Source: Mobula hypostoma
Taxonomy: Eukaryota
Reading direction: 5' to 3'
NCBI RefSeq assembly: GCF_963921235.1
Contig: NC_086108.1
Location: 60,886,001 to 60,950,000 of the forward strand
DNA: 64,000 nucleotides
The position numbers and the translations under genes were made by a program. Below are positions 1 to 62,589 of the stretch, in pieces; within the stretch, counting starts at the first letter, position 1, and each line of letters starts with the position of its first letter. The notes below the pieces were generated by a model that was given only the letters and a program-made list of their open reading frames with translations, had not been told where the DNA came from and did not search any database.

Positions 1-2060
1 ATTTAAAATAGAAATGTAACATGGATAAAGGGTAATTTGAACATCAAGGTTAAAATAATCACTATTTAAAAATGAAGACTTAGTCATCACTTTTTTTTTA
101 ATATAAACGGGTATAATTTCTTTAAATGAACATCCATCACTCCAATGCCAGAAAGTCAGTTGGCAGTGATTAATAAAGGCAAACAATATTGCATTAATTA
201 GTTTAAGTGGGAAAATTGTGCATATTTATATGTGGGAAGGATTGACTATGCTGTGTGAAGTTGATCATGGAATACATCTTGCTGCCTTTTATAGTTTGGA
301 CCCATCATACACGGTAAAGCAATGTGTTGATTTTGGCCCTTGTTATAATTGTCTGCTGTTGTTGCCTTAAAACTTGGATATTATTTCATCCCAGTAGCTT
401 TATTGTTTTATACATTTATATATTCATTTTTCCTATTTGCAAGAATCAAATAATTGAAAGAGAAAAACTGCTAGAGATGCTCAGTAGGTCAGACAGCATC
501 TGCATAGGAAAATGGGTTGATGCTTCTACAATGGATATACTGACTTTGCAAAAGATGCCAACTGATCTGCAGATGTACATGTTCTGTTTTTATTTCAGAT
601 TTCCGCAATGTTTTATGTTTGTGTAACAGTATTAAATATGTTGGTTTTCCAGTAGAATTTGTGAAAGTAATGCTATTTCTTGTTTCTAATCCACTGGTCA
701 TGTTTTTGTATAATTGCAATGTGTCAAAGTTTGTGTATTACTCTACTTGGATGTACATGAATAGGAATCGGTGAATTTGGAGTGCCTGATTTTACATTGT
801 TTATCTTATGACAGTTAACCTCAACTGGAATATTGACATTTTTGCCATTAATTAGTCTTCGGTAGGTTTATAAAATTCCAATTTTTAAAAACCAATTTCT
901 AGGTTTGTTTTTATCTGCATTAATACAAAGTTCAATTCTCTGGCATTGCTTTGATTTGCTGAATATATGGCCCAAGTCGGATTCCATTTTGAGTAAGCTA
1001 AAATATTAACCCGGGAGATAGTTTAAAAACACTATAATGTAATCCTAGAAATTACAGAAAGGTGGTGAACGTATATGACATCAGGTAGCCAGTGGGAGCT
1101 TGTACCTTCATTTTCATGGCTTGAGCCTGCTGCAGATTTTATCGGTTGTCAAATCTCTGCCTGCTGTAATGCTTCTTGGGATACTCTCATATACACTACA
1201 GAATTATGGTCTTCCATATTGAATCTGGTAACTCAGATGCAAAAGAATAGCTGTTATTTCTTGGAGTATGCATTCAGTGGTGGATTCAAGTACAGTACAA
1301 GGTTCAAATTGAGGGTATGCACAAAGTTTTATTATATTGTTGCACTTGTGCTATAGCTGCAAATGTGTCAATTTGGGAAGTATATGCATTCAGTACCAGG
1401 TTGCTCGGCCTTTAACAGCAAATTAGTTACCAATAACAATACATTTGATTAGTTTCACTATTTCTGCATGATGAGCACTGAGTTTTGACAGTTTGTGACA
1501 TGTACTTTTGTGGTATCAGAAGATATTGGCCATTCTGATTGGTGTGCAACTTGTCTTTGTTTTTGAAATGTAATGCACTGCATGATATGGTTGCTATTTG
1601 CACTTTAATAAAATCAGAGAATACTATGTTTCTGTTTTTTTTTAAATGTCTTTTCTTGTGGAAGGCCACTGGTTTTCAGGTATTGTTGAAGTTTCTTTTA
1701 TGTTTTCAGGCTGCATGTCCTCCCATCCCAAGCAAGTAACATTCAGCATTAATGAATATTGGACTGACATATTCATGAACATGCTGAAAATCAAGATTGT
1801 GCTTGGGCAGGTGAGGAGCTGTGGTGGCATTTTAAAAAAATATTTCCTTTCATAAAGTGCGTAGTCTAGTCTAAAAGCATTCATTACTTTTAACTCAGCC
1901 CATTCAACCAACTGAACAAGTCCTTACATTGTATACCTTGTTTTTCATGCTTTTCTTGACCCTGGGAACCTTGCATCATTCCAGATCTAAGGTGGATGAG
2001 TTGTTAAATCATTGCTACAGAAAAGCATGTTGTCAGTACTCATTATCCCAAATAAAATAA
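1..2060 (+). other. Probable 3' UTR of a convergent upstream gene (possibly PRKAA2 by synteny)
   Basis: Repeat-poor, T-rich on +, AATAAA at 1607 and 2051; PRKAA2 lies tail-to-tail with FYB2 in human; no coding sequence visible here. Confidence 0.35.
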
Positions 2061-2101
2061 TCAGCCATAATAATCATACTCAGGCTTAATAAACAACATT
2101 T

Positions 2102-2521
2102 TAGAAACATAAACCTACAGCACAATACAGGCCCTTTGGCGCACAATGCTGTACTGAACATGTACTTACTTTAGAAATTACCTAGGGTTACCCATGGCCC
2201 TCTATTTTTCTAAGCTCCATGTACCTATCCAGGAGTCTCTTAAAAGACCCTCTTGTATCCACTTCCACTGTCGTCAGCCCATTCCATGCACTCACCACTC
2301 TCTGCGTAAATAAAGAACAACTTATCCCTGCATTCTCCTCGGTACCTACTTCCAAGCACCTTAAAACCATGCCCTCTTGAGTTAGCCATTCCAGCCTTGG
2401 GGAAAAGCCTCTGACTATCCACATGATCAATACTTTTCATTGTCTTATACACCTCTATCAGATCACCTTTCATTCTCTGTCGCTCCAAGGAGAAAAGGCC
2501 AAGTTCACTCAACCTATTCTC
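2102..2521 (-). mobile_element. CR1-clade LINE, 3' end (host of the L1 insertion)
   Basis: RT C-terminal peptide LGLFSLERQRMKGDLIEVYK and TAGAAACA-type tail; continues at 7899. Confidence 0.9.
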
Positions 2522-5500
2522 TTTCTTCATTAATCTTTTTATTGATTTAGAAGGAGCATAAATACAATCAAGAGAATTATCTCAAACTTATATATCAGTA
2601 ACAATACAAACTGAGATTAAGATAGACATTTTCAAAATCATAGATATTGTTAAACTAGTATAAATAATAGTAAAATATATAATAAAAACTGAAAACAGCA
2701 CTTCTCCTTATCAGTTTATGAAAAGAAAAAAAACATTGAGTTTTAAATGAAGAGGAAAAAAAACCACTACACTATATTTAAAAAAAAAACAAGGGATTGG
2801 GCAGTCCATTTTGAGGATAGGACCAAAAAAAGAAAGACTTTCTGATCAAATCTAAAACTTAGAAAAAAAAATTGAAGGAGTAATAAATCAAATTAAATGT
2901 AAATATTGGATAAAAGGTCACCAGATTTACTCAAATTTAAAGGATGTATCAAATATCTGACAACTTATTTTCTCTAAACTGAAACAGGACATAATGGAGG
3001 AGAGCCAATAAAAGACCGTAGGTAGATTAGAATCCTTCCACTTCAATAAAATGGCTCTCCTAGCCAGTAAGGTTGAAAAGGCTATCGTATGTTGAGCAGA
3101 AACAGGAATATTTCCTGCTTCCAATGGGATAATCCCAAAAATTGCTGTAAGCAAATTAGGTTGTAGATCCAGATCCAAAACTTTTGTTAGCATTTTAAAA
3201 ACATCTCTCCAAAAGTTATCTAGCTTTATACAAGACATATGAGTTAAAGTGACCAGCTCAGTATTACATCTGTCACAAATAGGATTGATATTGGAGAAAA
3301 TACGCGCTAGCTTATCCTTTGACATATGGGCCCGGTGCACTACCTTGAACTGTATCAAGGAATGACGGGCACAAATAGATGAGTTGTTAACCAAATGAAA
3401 AATTTTTCTCCATTGATTATCTGAAAGTGACTCTTGAAATTACGATTCCCAAAAGCGTTTAATTTTATCATTAGATATCATTCGTGTTCAATAACCGTTT
3501 ATAGATTATAGCTATCAACCCTTTTTGAAAGGTTTTAAACTGAAATAGAGTGTCTGTCATATTAGGTGGATAAGCAGAAGGGTAATTTGGCAACAAACCA
3601 CGTAAAAATTCGTAATTTGTAAATATCTAAAAAATTGTACATTAGATAAATCCTATTTATCCATCAACTGAGAAAAAGACATTAAACAGTCCCCTAAAAA
3701 CTAATCTGAAAAAGTTATTATTCCCTTGGTTTTCCAAATTAAAAAGGCCTTATCCAAAATTGATTGCTTAAAAAAATTGAGATGGATTACTAGAAAGAAT
3801 AAAACTATTTAACTCAAAAAATCTATGAAACTGAAACCAAATTCTCAATGTATGTTTAATAATGGGATTAAAAGCTTGTGTACTAATTTTTGAAAACAAA
3901 AAGGGAAGAGGAGCTCCCAGTGAAGAGGCCAAAGAGCATCCTTTCACCGAGTTTTTCTCCAAATCCAACCATGAAGGACATTCATGTATATCTGAATAAT
4001 GAATCCAAAAAGTAATACATCGAATATTAATTGCCCAATAGTACATTCTAAAGTTAGGCAAAGCCATACCACCATCCTTTTATAATTTCTGCAATAAGGG
4101 TTTACTTAATCTAGGATTTTTATTGTTCCAAATATAAGATAAGATTATAGAATCTATTCTGTCAAAGAACTTTTTAGGAACAAAGGAAAGAACTGCCTGA
4201 AATACATATAAAAAGTTTGGTAAAATTATCATTTTAATAGCATTAATTCAACCTATTAATGATAATGTCATTGGCAACCATTTAGAAAGCATTTGTTTGG
4301 TGTAGCCAATTAATGGAAAAAAATTATATGTATAGAGATCCTTAAAAAAATTTAGCAACTTTAATACCAAGATAGGTAAAGTTATTTTTAGCAATAGTAA
4401 AAGGTACTTGATGATTTGGATCAGAGTAATTATTAATTGGAAATAGCTCACTTCCATGTAAATTTAATTTATACCTAGAAAAACCTCTGAATTCAGAAAA
4501 TATAGATAACATAGAAGGAATAGATTTCCTAGGATCTGAAAGACAAACTAACAGGTCATCTGCATATAGCAAAACCTTGTGTATTTTGTCCCCTCTTCTA
4601 ATACCCTGAAGTGTTAGAATCTCTAAGAGCAATAGCAAGGGGTTCTAAGGCCAAGTTAGATAATAAAGGGCTAAGAGGGCATCCCTGTCGAGTACCCCTA
4701 TATAATCTAACATAGGGAGATTTTTGATTATTAGTTATAACAGCAGCCATAGGAAAATGATAGATCAGTTTGATCCAGGAAATCCCGGCCAAGATTAAAT
4801 CTTTCCAAAACCTCAAATAAGTGAGACCACTCCACCCTATCAAAGGCTTTCTCTGCATCACGAGAAATAACACATTCAGATTCTTTAGATGGAGAAGAGT
4901 GAATAATGTTTAATAATCTTAAAATGTTAGAATGTGAATATCTATTTTTAATAAATCCAGTTTGGTCATTGGAAATAACAGTAGGTAAAATTTTCTCAAG
5001 TCTATTAGCCAAGATCTTAGCGAGAATTTTAAAATCCACATTTAATAGAGAAATTGGTCTATAAGAGGTGCATTCAGATAAATCTTTCTTTTTTAGGAAT
5101 TAAAGAGATTGAAACTTCATAGAAAGTTTCCGGGGGAGTCCCAGAGGATATAGAATCAGTGAAAATTTGACATAAATGAGGTATAAGTATATCAGTAAAA
5201 GTCTTATAAAATTACACTGTACATCCATCCTGTCCTGGAGCCTTAGCTGATTGGAGAGAGGGTATAGCCCTTGATATTTCTTCTTGTTTAATAGATGCAT
5301 CTAATCTGCTCATATCTTGAATAGAGATTTCAGGTATATTCAATTTTTGCAAAAAACTATTCATAAAGGTAATATCTGAAAATTCAGACTCAAAAAGATT
5401 AGAGTAGAAATCCATAAATGTCTTAATAATTTCATAAGGATCTACCGTTGCAGTTCTATCAGGTCTTTGTATTTTCAGGATCTGTCTTCTACCCATATTT

Positions 5501-7898
5501 GCTTTTAACGGACTAGCTAATAATTTGCCTGACTTGTCTCCGTGTATATAAAATTGGCTTTTGGATTTAAGAAGTTGCTGTTCAATGGGAAAAGTCAAAA
5601 GCAAATCATGTTGTGCTTGGAGTTCCACCCTTTCCTTAAAGAGATCTTCACTAGGCATTACTGAATAGAGTTTATCTACTTCTTTAATCCTGTTAGTGAT
5701 CAGTAAAAGTTCCGCCTTAGTTTTCCTTCTTGAACCTACTGAATATGAAATTATGTCCTCCAAGAAAAGATTTCATCGTATCCCAAATAACCAAATTTGA
5801 CATTCCCTCAGTTGTATTTAATTAAAAAAATAGAGAAATTTGCTTTTTAATAAAATTTACAAAAGTTGAATCTTGTGACAATGAAACATTAAATCTTCAC
5901 TGAGGTATCTGAATATTATCAGAAAGTTCCAAAGTTAGTTTCATAGGTGCATGATCTGACAACGCAATCACATCATACGCACATTCAACAACAGAGGGCA
6001 CCAACTGCGTATCCAACAAAAAATAATCAATTCTTGAATATTTATGGTATACGTATGGGAAAAAACGAAAAATCTTTTTCTTTAGGATATTTAAATCTCC
6101 AAATGTCGACCAGACCGTATTCTAATAAAAAAATTAATACAAGTCGCAGCTTTATTAGGAAGCGACGGATTGGTGGATGATCTCAATCAATGGATTGAGA
6201 CAGCAGTTAAAGTCACTGCCCATAATCAACTCATACTCATTTAAATTCGGCAATATAGAAAACAGCTTCTTAAAAAATTCAGGGCTGTCTATATTAGGTG
6301 CATGTACACACACCAAAGCCACCTCTTGACCACATAACAAACCAGTGACAAATATCTTGCAATGAAATCAGTAACAGTATTAAAATGAACAAAAGGGATT
6401 TTAGAATTAATAAAAATAGATACCCCTCTTATTTACTGATAAAGAATGAAATAAGAGTCCCTTCCAAAATTTAAAAAAGCAATTTTCATCCTGCCTACGG
6501 ATACGAGTCTCCTACGCAAAAATATCTGCAGGAAGTGGTTTTAATTTCTTAAAAATCTTTCTGCGCTTTATAGGTTGGTTCATACCATTTAAATTCCAAG
6601 ATATTATATTAATTTTATTAAGATCCATATTTAAAGTTTAATTTTATAATCTAATGCGCAGGCACAGCCTAAATCCCTCAGGACTACCCAGACGAAAAAA
6701 AAACTAACCTAATAGACCCACCCATCTCCCCCAGAAACCGTCCAACAGGCAAATGGCTTGCTAATCTAATAACCTCTAACCCTTGTCTCCAGCTGGCAGC
6801 TCCATTTACAAGGTTACCATCACCAAAAGGAGACAACAAAGAATACATAAAGAAGTAAACAGATTCCAAATATTTTCATATTATGTCTAACAGTAGATAA
6901 GACTGAATTAACGACAGCCATCTTAAGTCCATTTAATATACGCAGCTATGTATTCAAAGAAAGGATAAATCTAATCAACTAATATACAACTAATATTAAA
7001 GACTTACAAATCAAAGAAAAAATAAGTAAATATATATGTGTTAAATTCAAAGCAACATTAACTGTTAAAGCAAACAACAACAGATCTAAATGAGTTAGCC
7101 CAGTCTGTGTCTGGGCATTGATAAAACGAAGAGCGGAGTTTCATCAACGGCGTTACAAACCACTCCCAGCTAAGGATCGACTTTTCAAATAGCTTACGAA
7201 GTGGACTTAAACTTTTATAAATTTCCAACCATCTTCTGGAGAGTCAATCCGTTTTAGACGAGCATTGGGTGGAGTAATCATCAGACGAGCCGGATAACGC
7301 AGCTACAGCCAACAGTTAATTTTAAAAAGTTCTGCCATCACTTCGCGATATTTAATTCTTTCAGCATAAATCTCTGGGGTAAAATCTTCAACTAAATGAA
7401 TCTTAACTTCATTATAGATTAGCTTATCCCTTTTCCTTGCATTCCGAAGAATAGCTTCTTTGGTTGTAAAATAATGCACACACAGAATTACAGGGCGTGG
7501 TTTAGTTTCGGCTGATGGTTTACGACGCCGAATTCGGTGGGCTTTGTCCAATATCGGACAGGCTTCAAGAATGTCACTAAAAAGTGAATATAACATGTTC
7601 GAAAAAAACTTTAATGGCTCACCGGTTTCCGTATTTTCAGGCAAACCCAGTATACGTAGATTCATCCTGTGATTTCTGCTTTCCAAATCAATCGTTTTCT
7701 TCTTAATTCTTGATAATTCTGAAGTAGTCTCATTAATTTTCTTTTCCATGAAAGACAACTTCAAATCCTGCTCTTTAATAGTTTGATTCATTAATTTGAA
7801 TTCCCTTTCAATTCTATGAGTACTCCGCTTAAGTGTCTGATATCGATCTTCCAGATTCTTCAAAGGTTCCTGAACAGCGAGGATGGTTTTTTCAAGCA
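2522..7898 (-). mobile_element. L1-clade LINE, 5'-truncated, degenerate ORF1 and ORF2
   Basis: ORF1 (DLESRNHRMNLRILGLPE...PRPVIL) 7303-7898; ORF2 about 6628-2888 with APE endonuclease, RT (GTRQGCPLSPLL, LYADD) and Cys-rich C-terminus, many stops and frameshifts; 12-bp TSD CAACCTATTCTC. Confidence 0.92.
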
Positions 7899-9225
7899 CA
7901 ACCTATTCTCATAAGGCATGCTTGCCAATCCAGGCAACGTCCTTGTAAATCTCCTCTGCACCCTTTCTATAGTTTCCACATCCTGTAGTGAGCTGACCAG
8001 AGCTGAGCACAGTACTCCATCTGGAGTCTGACCAGGGTCCTAGATAGCTGTAACATTACCTCTCAGCTCTTGAACTCAATCCCACGGTTGATGAAGGCCA
8101 ATACACCGTATGCTTTCTTAACCACAGAGACAACCTGCACAGCAGCTTTGAGGTCCTATGGATTTGGACCCCACGATAATGCTGGTCCTCCACACTGCCA
8201 CGAGTCTTACCATTAATACTACATTCTGCCATTATATTTGACCTACCAAAATGAACCATCTCACACTTATCTGGGTTGATCTCCATATGCCACTTCTCAG
8301 CCAGTTTTGTATCCTATCGATGTCCCACTGTAACATCTGACAGCCCTCCACACTATCCACAACACCTCCAACCTTTGTGTCATCAACAAATTTACTAACC
8401 CATCCCTCCACTTCCTCATCCAGGTCATTTATAAAAATCACAAAGAATAGGGGTCCCAGAACAGATCCCTGAGGCACACCACTGTTCACCGACTTCCATG
8501 CAGAATATGACCTGTCTACAACCACTTTTTGTCTTCTGTGGGCAAGCCAGTTCTAGATCCACAAAGCAAGGTCCCCTTGGATGCCATGCCTCCTTACTTT
8601 CTCAATACGCCTTGCATGGGGTACCTTATCAAAAGTCATGCTGAAATCCATATACACTATATCTACTGCTCTACCTTCATCAATGTGTTTAGTCACATCC
8701 TCAAAAAATTCAATCAGGCTCGTAAGGCATGACCTGCCTTTGACAGAGCCATGCTGACTATTCCTAATCATATTATGCCTCTCCAAATGTTCATAAATCC
8801 TGCCTATCAGGATCTTCTCCATCAATTTACCAACCACTGAAATAAGACTCACTGGTCTATAATTTCCTGGGCTATCTCTGCTCCCTTTCTTGAATAAGGG
8901 AACAACATCTGTAACCCTCCAATCCTCTGGAATCTCTCCCATCCCATTGATGATGCAAAGATCATTGCCAGAGGATCAGCAATCTCCTCCCTCGCCTCCC
9001 ACAATAGCCTGGGTTATATCTCGTCCGGTCCCGGTGACTTATCCAATTTGATGCTTTCTAAAAGCTCCAGCACATGCTCTTTCTTAATGTCTATATGCAC
9101 TGTTAGTCATCCCTACAATCGCCAAAGTTCATTTCCGTAAAGAATACAAAAGCAAAGTATTAAGTACCTCCACTACCTCCTCCAGTTCCATACACACTTT
9201 TCCACTGTCACACTTGATTGGTCCA
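7899..9225 (-). mobile_element. CR1-clade LINE, RT region (continuation of 2102-2521)
   Basis: IPEDWRVTDVVPLFKKG, SGVPQGSVLGP, FVDDTK motifs with frameshifts. Confidence 0.9.
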
Positions 9226-9290
9226 CTCCAACTAAATAAGCAAATAATACATTAACAAACTGACATGTGACCAGCTACCGTTTTCAATAA

Positions 9291-9296
9291 TTTATT
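9291..9296 (-). promoter_or_regulatory. Putative polyadenylation signal of the FYB2-like gene
   Basis: AATAAA on the minus strand followed by GT/T-rich downstream sequence. Confidence 0.55.
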
Positions 9297-9475
9297 TTAA
9301 ATGTGAATCCCAAAAATATTTTCAATGGCATTATTAAGGAAACATTCCAGCGTCTTGCGGTGGTTTGTGTATTAAAGCTAACTTTATAAAATTCTGAAAG
9401 AAATTGTATATTACATAAAATTAAAATGCAATAATTCAAATATGAAGTTCTTTGAAGCATGGTATCCACTTTAAC

Positions 9476-58505
<49,030 letters not shown>

Positions 58506-58608
58506 CTGGAAAAAGGAAAGACAATGGTTACCTTTCTTTTAGAGGAAACAAAAGGGTCTCAAACAGAAAATAACTTTTAAAAAAGAACCTAGTGCTTTCC
58601 CGGCGTTA

Positions 58609-58765
58609 ACTCTTCTCAGGCTTCCTGCTGGGTTTAGGTATCGATTACAACCACAGTTTCGATGACAAATTCAGCCACCTTCATTCCTGACGAAAACGGC
58701 AGAGTTTGTCATTGAAACATCAGTTATTATCGATACCTGTAGCCAGCCCGAAGCCTGAGACGAGT
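58609..58765. repeat. Imperfect palindrome with a decayed hammerhead-like core (second Penelope-like family)
   Basis: actcttctcaggcttc/gaagcctgagacgagt, aggtatcgat/atcgatacct and gtttcgatgacaaa/tttgtcattgaaac pairs; CTGACGA...GAAAC-ATC. Confidence 0.65.
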
Positions 58766-60149
58766 CTATTCATAGAAAATCATTTATTTTAAACAAGTAA
58801 TTTCAGTAAAATTAGAAATGAACACTAATTAGAATGCTTCCTCTACTATATGACTGGTTGTAGCTGACAGGGAAACTCGCATAATTTTATCAGGTACCCT
58901 CTTGATTTGTATAATCATAAATCATGCAGCAATTGGAGTGTTTCAATTGGCTTCCACAACTCTAGGCTGCAGAAAAAGAAGGCCTATGATATCGTTGTTT
59001 TACTATCAGATTATTTCGCACGTTTAAAATCTTTTACAAAGTGAAATTGAAGGCAGGTCATTTCAAAAACAAATATCATGGCAGAGTCAACATGCTGGAA
59101 CTTCATTCTCGTCAGCAACAAAAAAAAACTTCAGAGCACAAAACCATTTTGGTGAATGGCACAACTCACTTCCACCTTTACAAGGGTAAATTAAGATCAC
59201 AATAAACACTGGCCTTGCCAGCAGCCACGCGTTCCATGAAGAATAAATAGACTCACTGCCAAGGCTGATGAAATAAAGATTGGTTACTTAATTAATGATC
59301 TAAACAATAGTTAATTATTTCTACAAAGAACTAAATATTAACCAATGTTTGATTTACAGCAAGGAAAACTGATCTCTGCAGGGCTTAGTGTCAATAGATA
59401 AGAGAGAAGGAAGTGGGGAATGACGAGAAAGGTAAAACAAAAGGGGAAAAGAACATTAACATGTTTTATGGAAAGGAGAAATAACTGAGGAAGGTGATAA
59501 GCTGCACTGCATCTGTTGGAGAGTTTATGAAAAGAACTAACAAATAACATCTCAATGGATAATTTCAAGAGGTATTAAGTGAAAGCCTCCAATGTTCTGA
59601 ATTTTAATTAAACAATTTGAAAATCCATTGGTCAAAGTTGATCTCAATCTACAGTTGAACGAGTTTTGAATAAAGTAAGTACCAAAGGTCCAAATAAAAT
59701 TTTTGGTGAACAGTCTATTATTATAAGCATTGTACTAGATTTATAGTGCTTTTTCACATCACTGATTTGTCAAATATACTGAGAATGCCAAATCAGACAA
59801 AAAAAAGTAACTATTATTGCCAATAGTTTAAAAAACTCAAACTACAAAAATTTTGAAAATAAGGACAAAAAAAAATATTATGTTACCTCAATCTCTTAAA
59901 TTTACTTCTATATAAACCATTACAACATAACATTGCTTGAAAATATAAACCTTCTTTTGGTGAGGCAGTTAGATTTTAAGATACATTTGACTAGATTTTA
60001 CCTGCACATATATGAAAGTTACAAAATAGTTAACAACAATCTATCAGTGATTCAAATCTAAGCTCCACAACTGGATTCAATAAAATAAGCTATTAGAGTT
60101 CATACCACTGGGAGCTGGCTTACAGAAAATTTTGATTTATTGAAATAGA

Positions 60150-60398
60150 ATGTGCAATAGGCCCTTCCATCCATGCTACCCAATTCCCCCCAATTTAACC
60201 CTAGCCAAATCATGGGACAACTTACAATGACCAATTAACCTACCAACCAGTACGTCTTTGGACTGTGGGAGGAAAGCAGAGCACTCCAAGGAAACACATG
60301 CAGTCACAGGGAGAACATACAAACTCTTCACAGACTGCGGCGGGAATAGAATGGGGCTTGCTGGTACTGTAAAGTGTTGTACCAACCACTATGCTTAA
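60150..60398 (-). mobile_element. V-SINE/HE1-like SINE
   Basis: Central domain gagtttgtatgttctccctgtgactgcatgtgtttcc...tcccacagtccaaagacgt...ggttaattggtcattgtaa on the minus strand. Confidence 0.75.
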
Positions 60399-61340
60399 CC
60401 TGTATCAGATTAGACCTGGACAAAGGTATCTCTGTTGACAGAAATTACGCTGCTTGATGGAAAAGGGGTTGAGTACCAATAAGTTTTTCACGAGGCTTCG
60501 CTTTCCTCGAAGCTGGGGAGGCTGATGTCCATGAAGGAGCTGGCTGAGTTTATAACCCTCTGCAGCTTTTTCCAGTCCTCTGTAATGAGGCAACCAATCT
60601 GTAGAAACTTGCTAGTGTTTGGTGGCATACCAAATCTCCTTACTCTCCTAATAAAATATAGCCACTGTCGTGCCTTCGTAATTTCATCAACATGTTGGGC
60701 CCAGGATTGATCTTCAGAGACACTGTCCCCCTTCAGTTAGATTAGCAGGATTCTTGCTAAAAACACGATGGCACCAACCTTCTTAATTCTAAGTTCTCAT
60801 TTCTGAACATCTTTTATATTGTATCTAGACTGCCATTGTACTATCCCAATATCTGGATCAGCATTACTGGAAGTGGGGGGGGGTGGAGTTCTAAATAGAT
60901 CAAGGGGAAGATAAACTGAAGTTAGACTGAATGGTCTGCCTTAAGCCTTGTTGGTCTGCATTAGTGTAAATACACCACTCAAACTTCTTCCTAACTCTCT
61001 GCATCTAACACAACCAGTATTCTCTCCTTTTTGCACATTTAGCTTTCCCTTAAAAAGCAGCTGTACTCTCATGAGGAAATGAAATTTTCTAGTTTAAACT
61101 AAAAACAGCCTGAAAGATCAATTTGGAAAAATCGCTTCCTCTGTTTTCAACGACATAACTCTATTCCAACTAGTGATGTCAACGGGCAGAATTTACATTT
61201 CTTTATTTATAGCACAAGTGACTTTCAAAAATGGACAATTGGATCTGACTAATCCCATATTTCAATGTGATCTGCTGGCCAATGATGAAATGGAGAATGT
61301 GGTTGCCATTGAGAAGAAACCAAACAGTGTTCATTATTAC

Positions 61341-62535
61341 TGTGAGAGGATCCAGGAGTGCCCCTATTAACTGTTTGGAGAGAGACATTTATCATTGATG
61401 GTTTGTTTGGAAAGGAAGGAGAGAGGGAGAGAGAGGGAGAGAGAGGGAGAGAGAGGGAGAGAGAGGGAGAGAGAGGGAGAGAGAGGGAGAGAGAGGGAGA
61501 GAGAGGGAGAGAGAGGGAGAGAGAGGGAGAGAGAGGGAGAGAGAGGGAGAGAGAGGGAGAGAGAGGGAGAGAGAGGGAGAGAGAGGGAGAGAGAGGGAGA
61601 GAGAGACACACACACACAGAGGTATTTACCACTGATACGTTGCTTTTGGAAAAGAGAGAGAGAGAGACGAAGATTGACAGTGGACTGTCACTTTAAGGCA
61701 TTGGAAGTAACTTTGGATTTTTACTGAGTTTGGAGTTGGAGACAGCACCAAGCAGCTCAAAGGTTGCTATGGTGACCGAAGGCAGTGTTAATTAATGGAC
61801 ACGATGTTATGATTTTCAGCTGGTTATTGATGTTACTTCCAAGGACAGGTTGCCTGCTTGTGCACTCCTTTACAGACAAAGGAAGGAGGGACTCTTTGAA
61901 TGACAGGTGATGCTCAGCCTGGTGAAATAAATGGGACGTCAGATGATACAGACCTCAGGACACATGATCTGGACACTGAATGAGCATAGTTGTGCCCGCA
62001 GAGAAAGTGGGTTTCGGAGGATCAATCAGGCGGATTGATCCAAATTGCTATTCCATCAGTGAAGAAAGGGTTGACTGGTGGGGAGTTGTCTATGTGTCCA
62101 CCCTCGCCTGGGTGATAGCTCCACCACAGAAGACCGGTCTCCCTGGTTAAAGTCACTGTCGATGACTTGTAAAGGATTTCGGAGGATGACGAGAAGATCA
62201 ACGGCATCAGCTCACCTGAAGACTCAACTCACTCACTCTCTCTCTCTCTCTCCATCACTACTCAACTAAATACCACAAACTGAACTGAACTTTACTCAAC
62301 ATCGTAAGACTGTATCTTTTTACCCCTAGACTTAAAGAAGCTTGGTTTTTACATACATATATATATTCCACACTTACTTTTATATATAATCATTGCCAAC
62401 CTGTTTGATCTATGTACATTTATATTACTGTATTGTGTAGTTACTAATAAATATCAGTAGTTTATAGCAATACGAGACTCCAAAGTGTTTTCCATCTCTG
62501 CTGGTTTCTTAACCCCCGTCATGGGGTACGTGACA
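61341..62535 (+). mobile_element. Solo LTR (about 1.2 kb)
   Basis: TGT...ACA termini; 5-bp TSD ATTAC; AATAAA near the 3' end. Confidence 0.8.
61419..61606. repeat. (GAGAGAGAGG)n polypurine tandem repeat
   Basis: About 18 copies of a 10-mer, directly visible. Confidence 0.95.
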
Positions 62536-62589
62536 ATTACAGTGAAAAAATGGCAAAGAAATAATAAAGAAAATCTTACTTTTTTTTTG

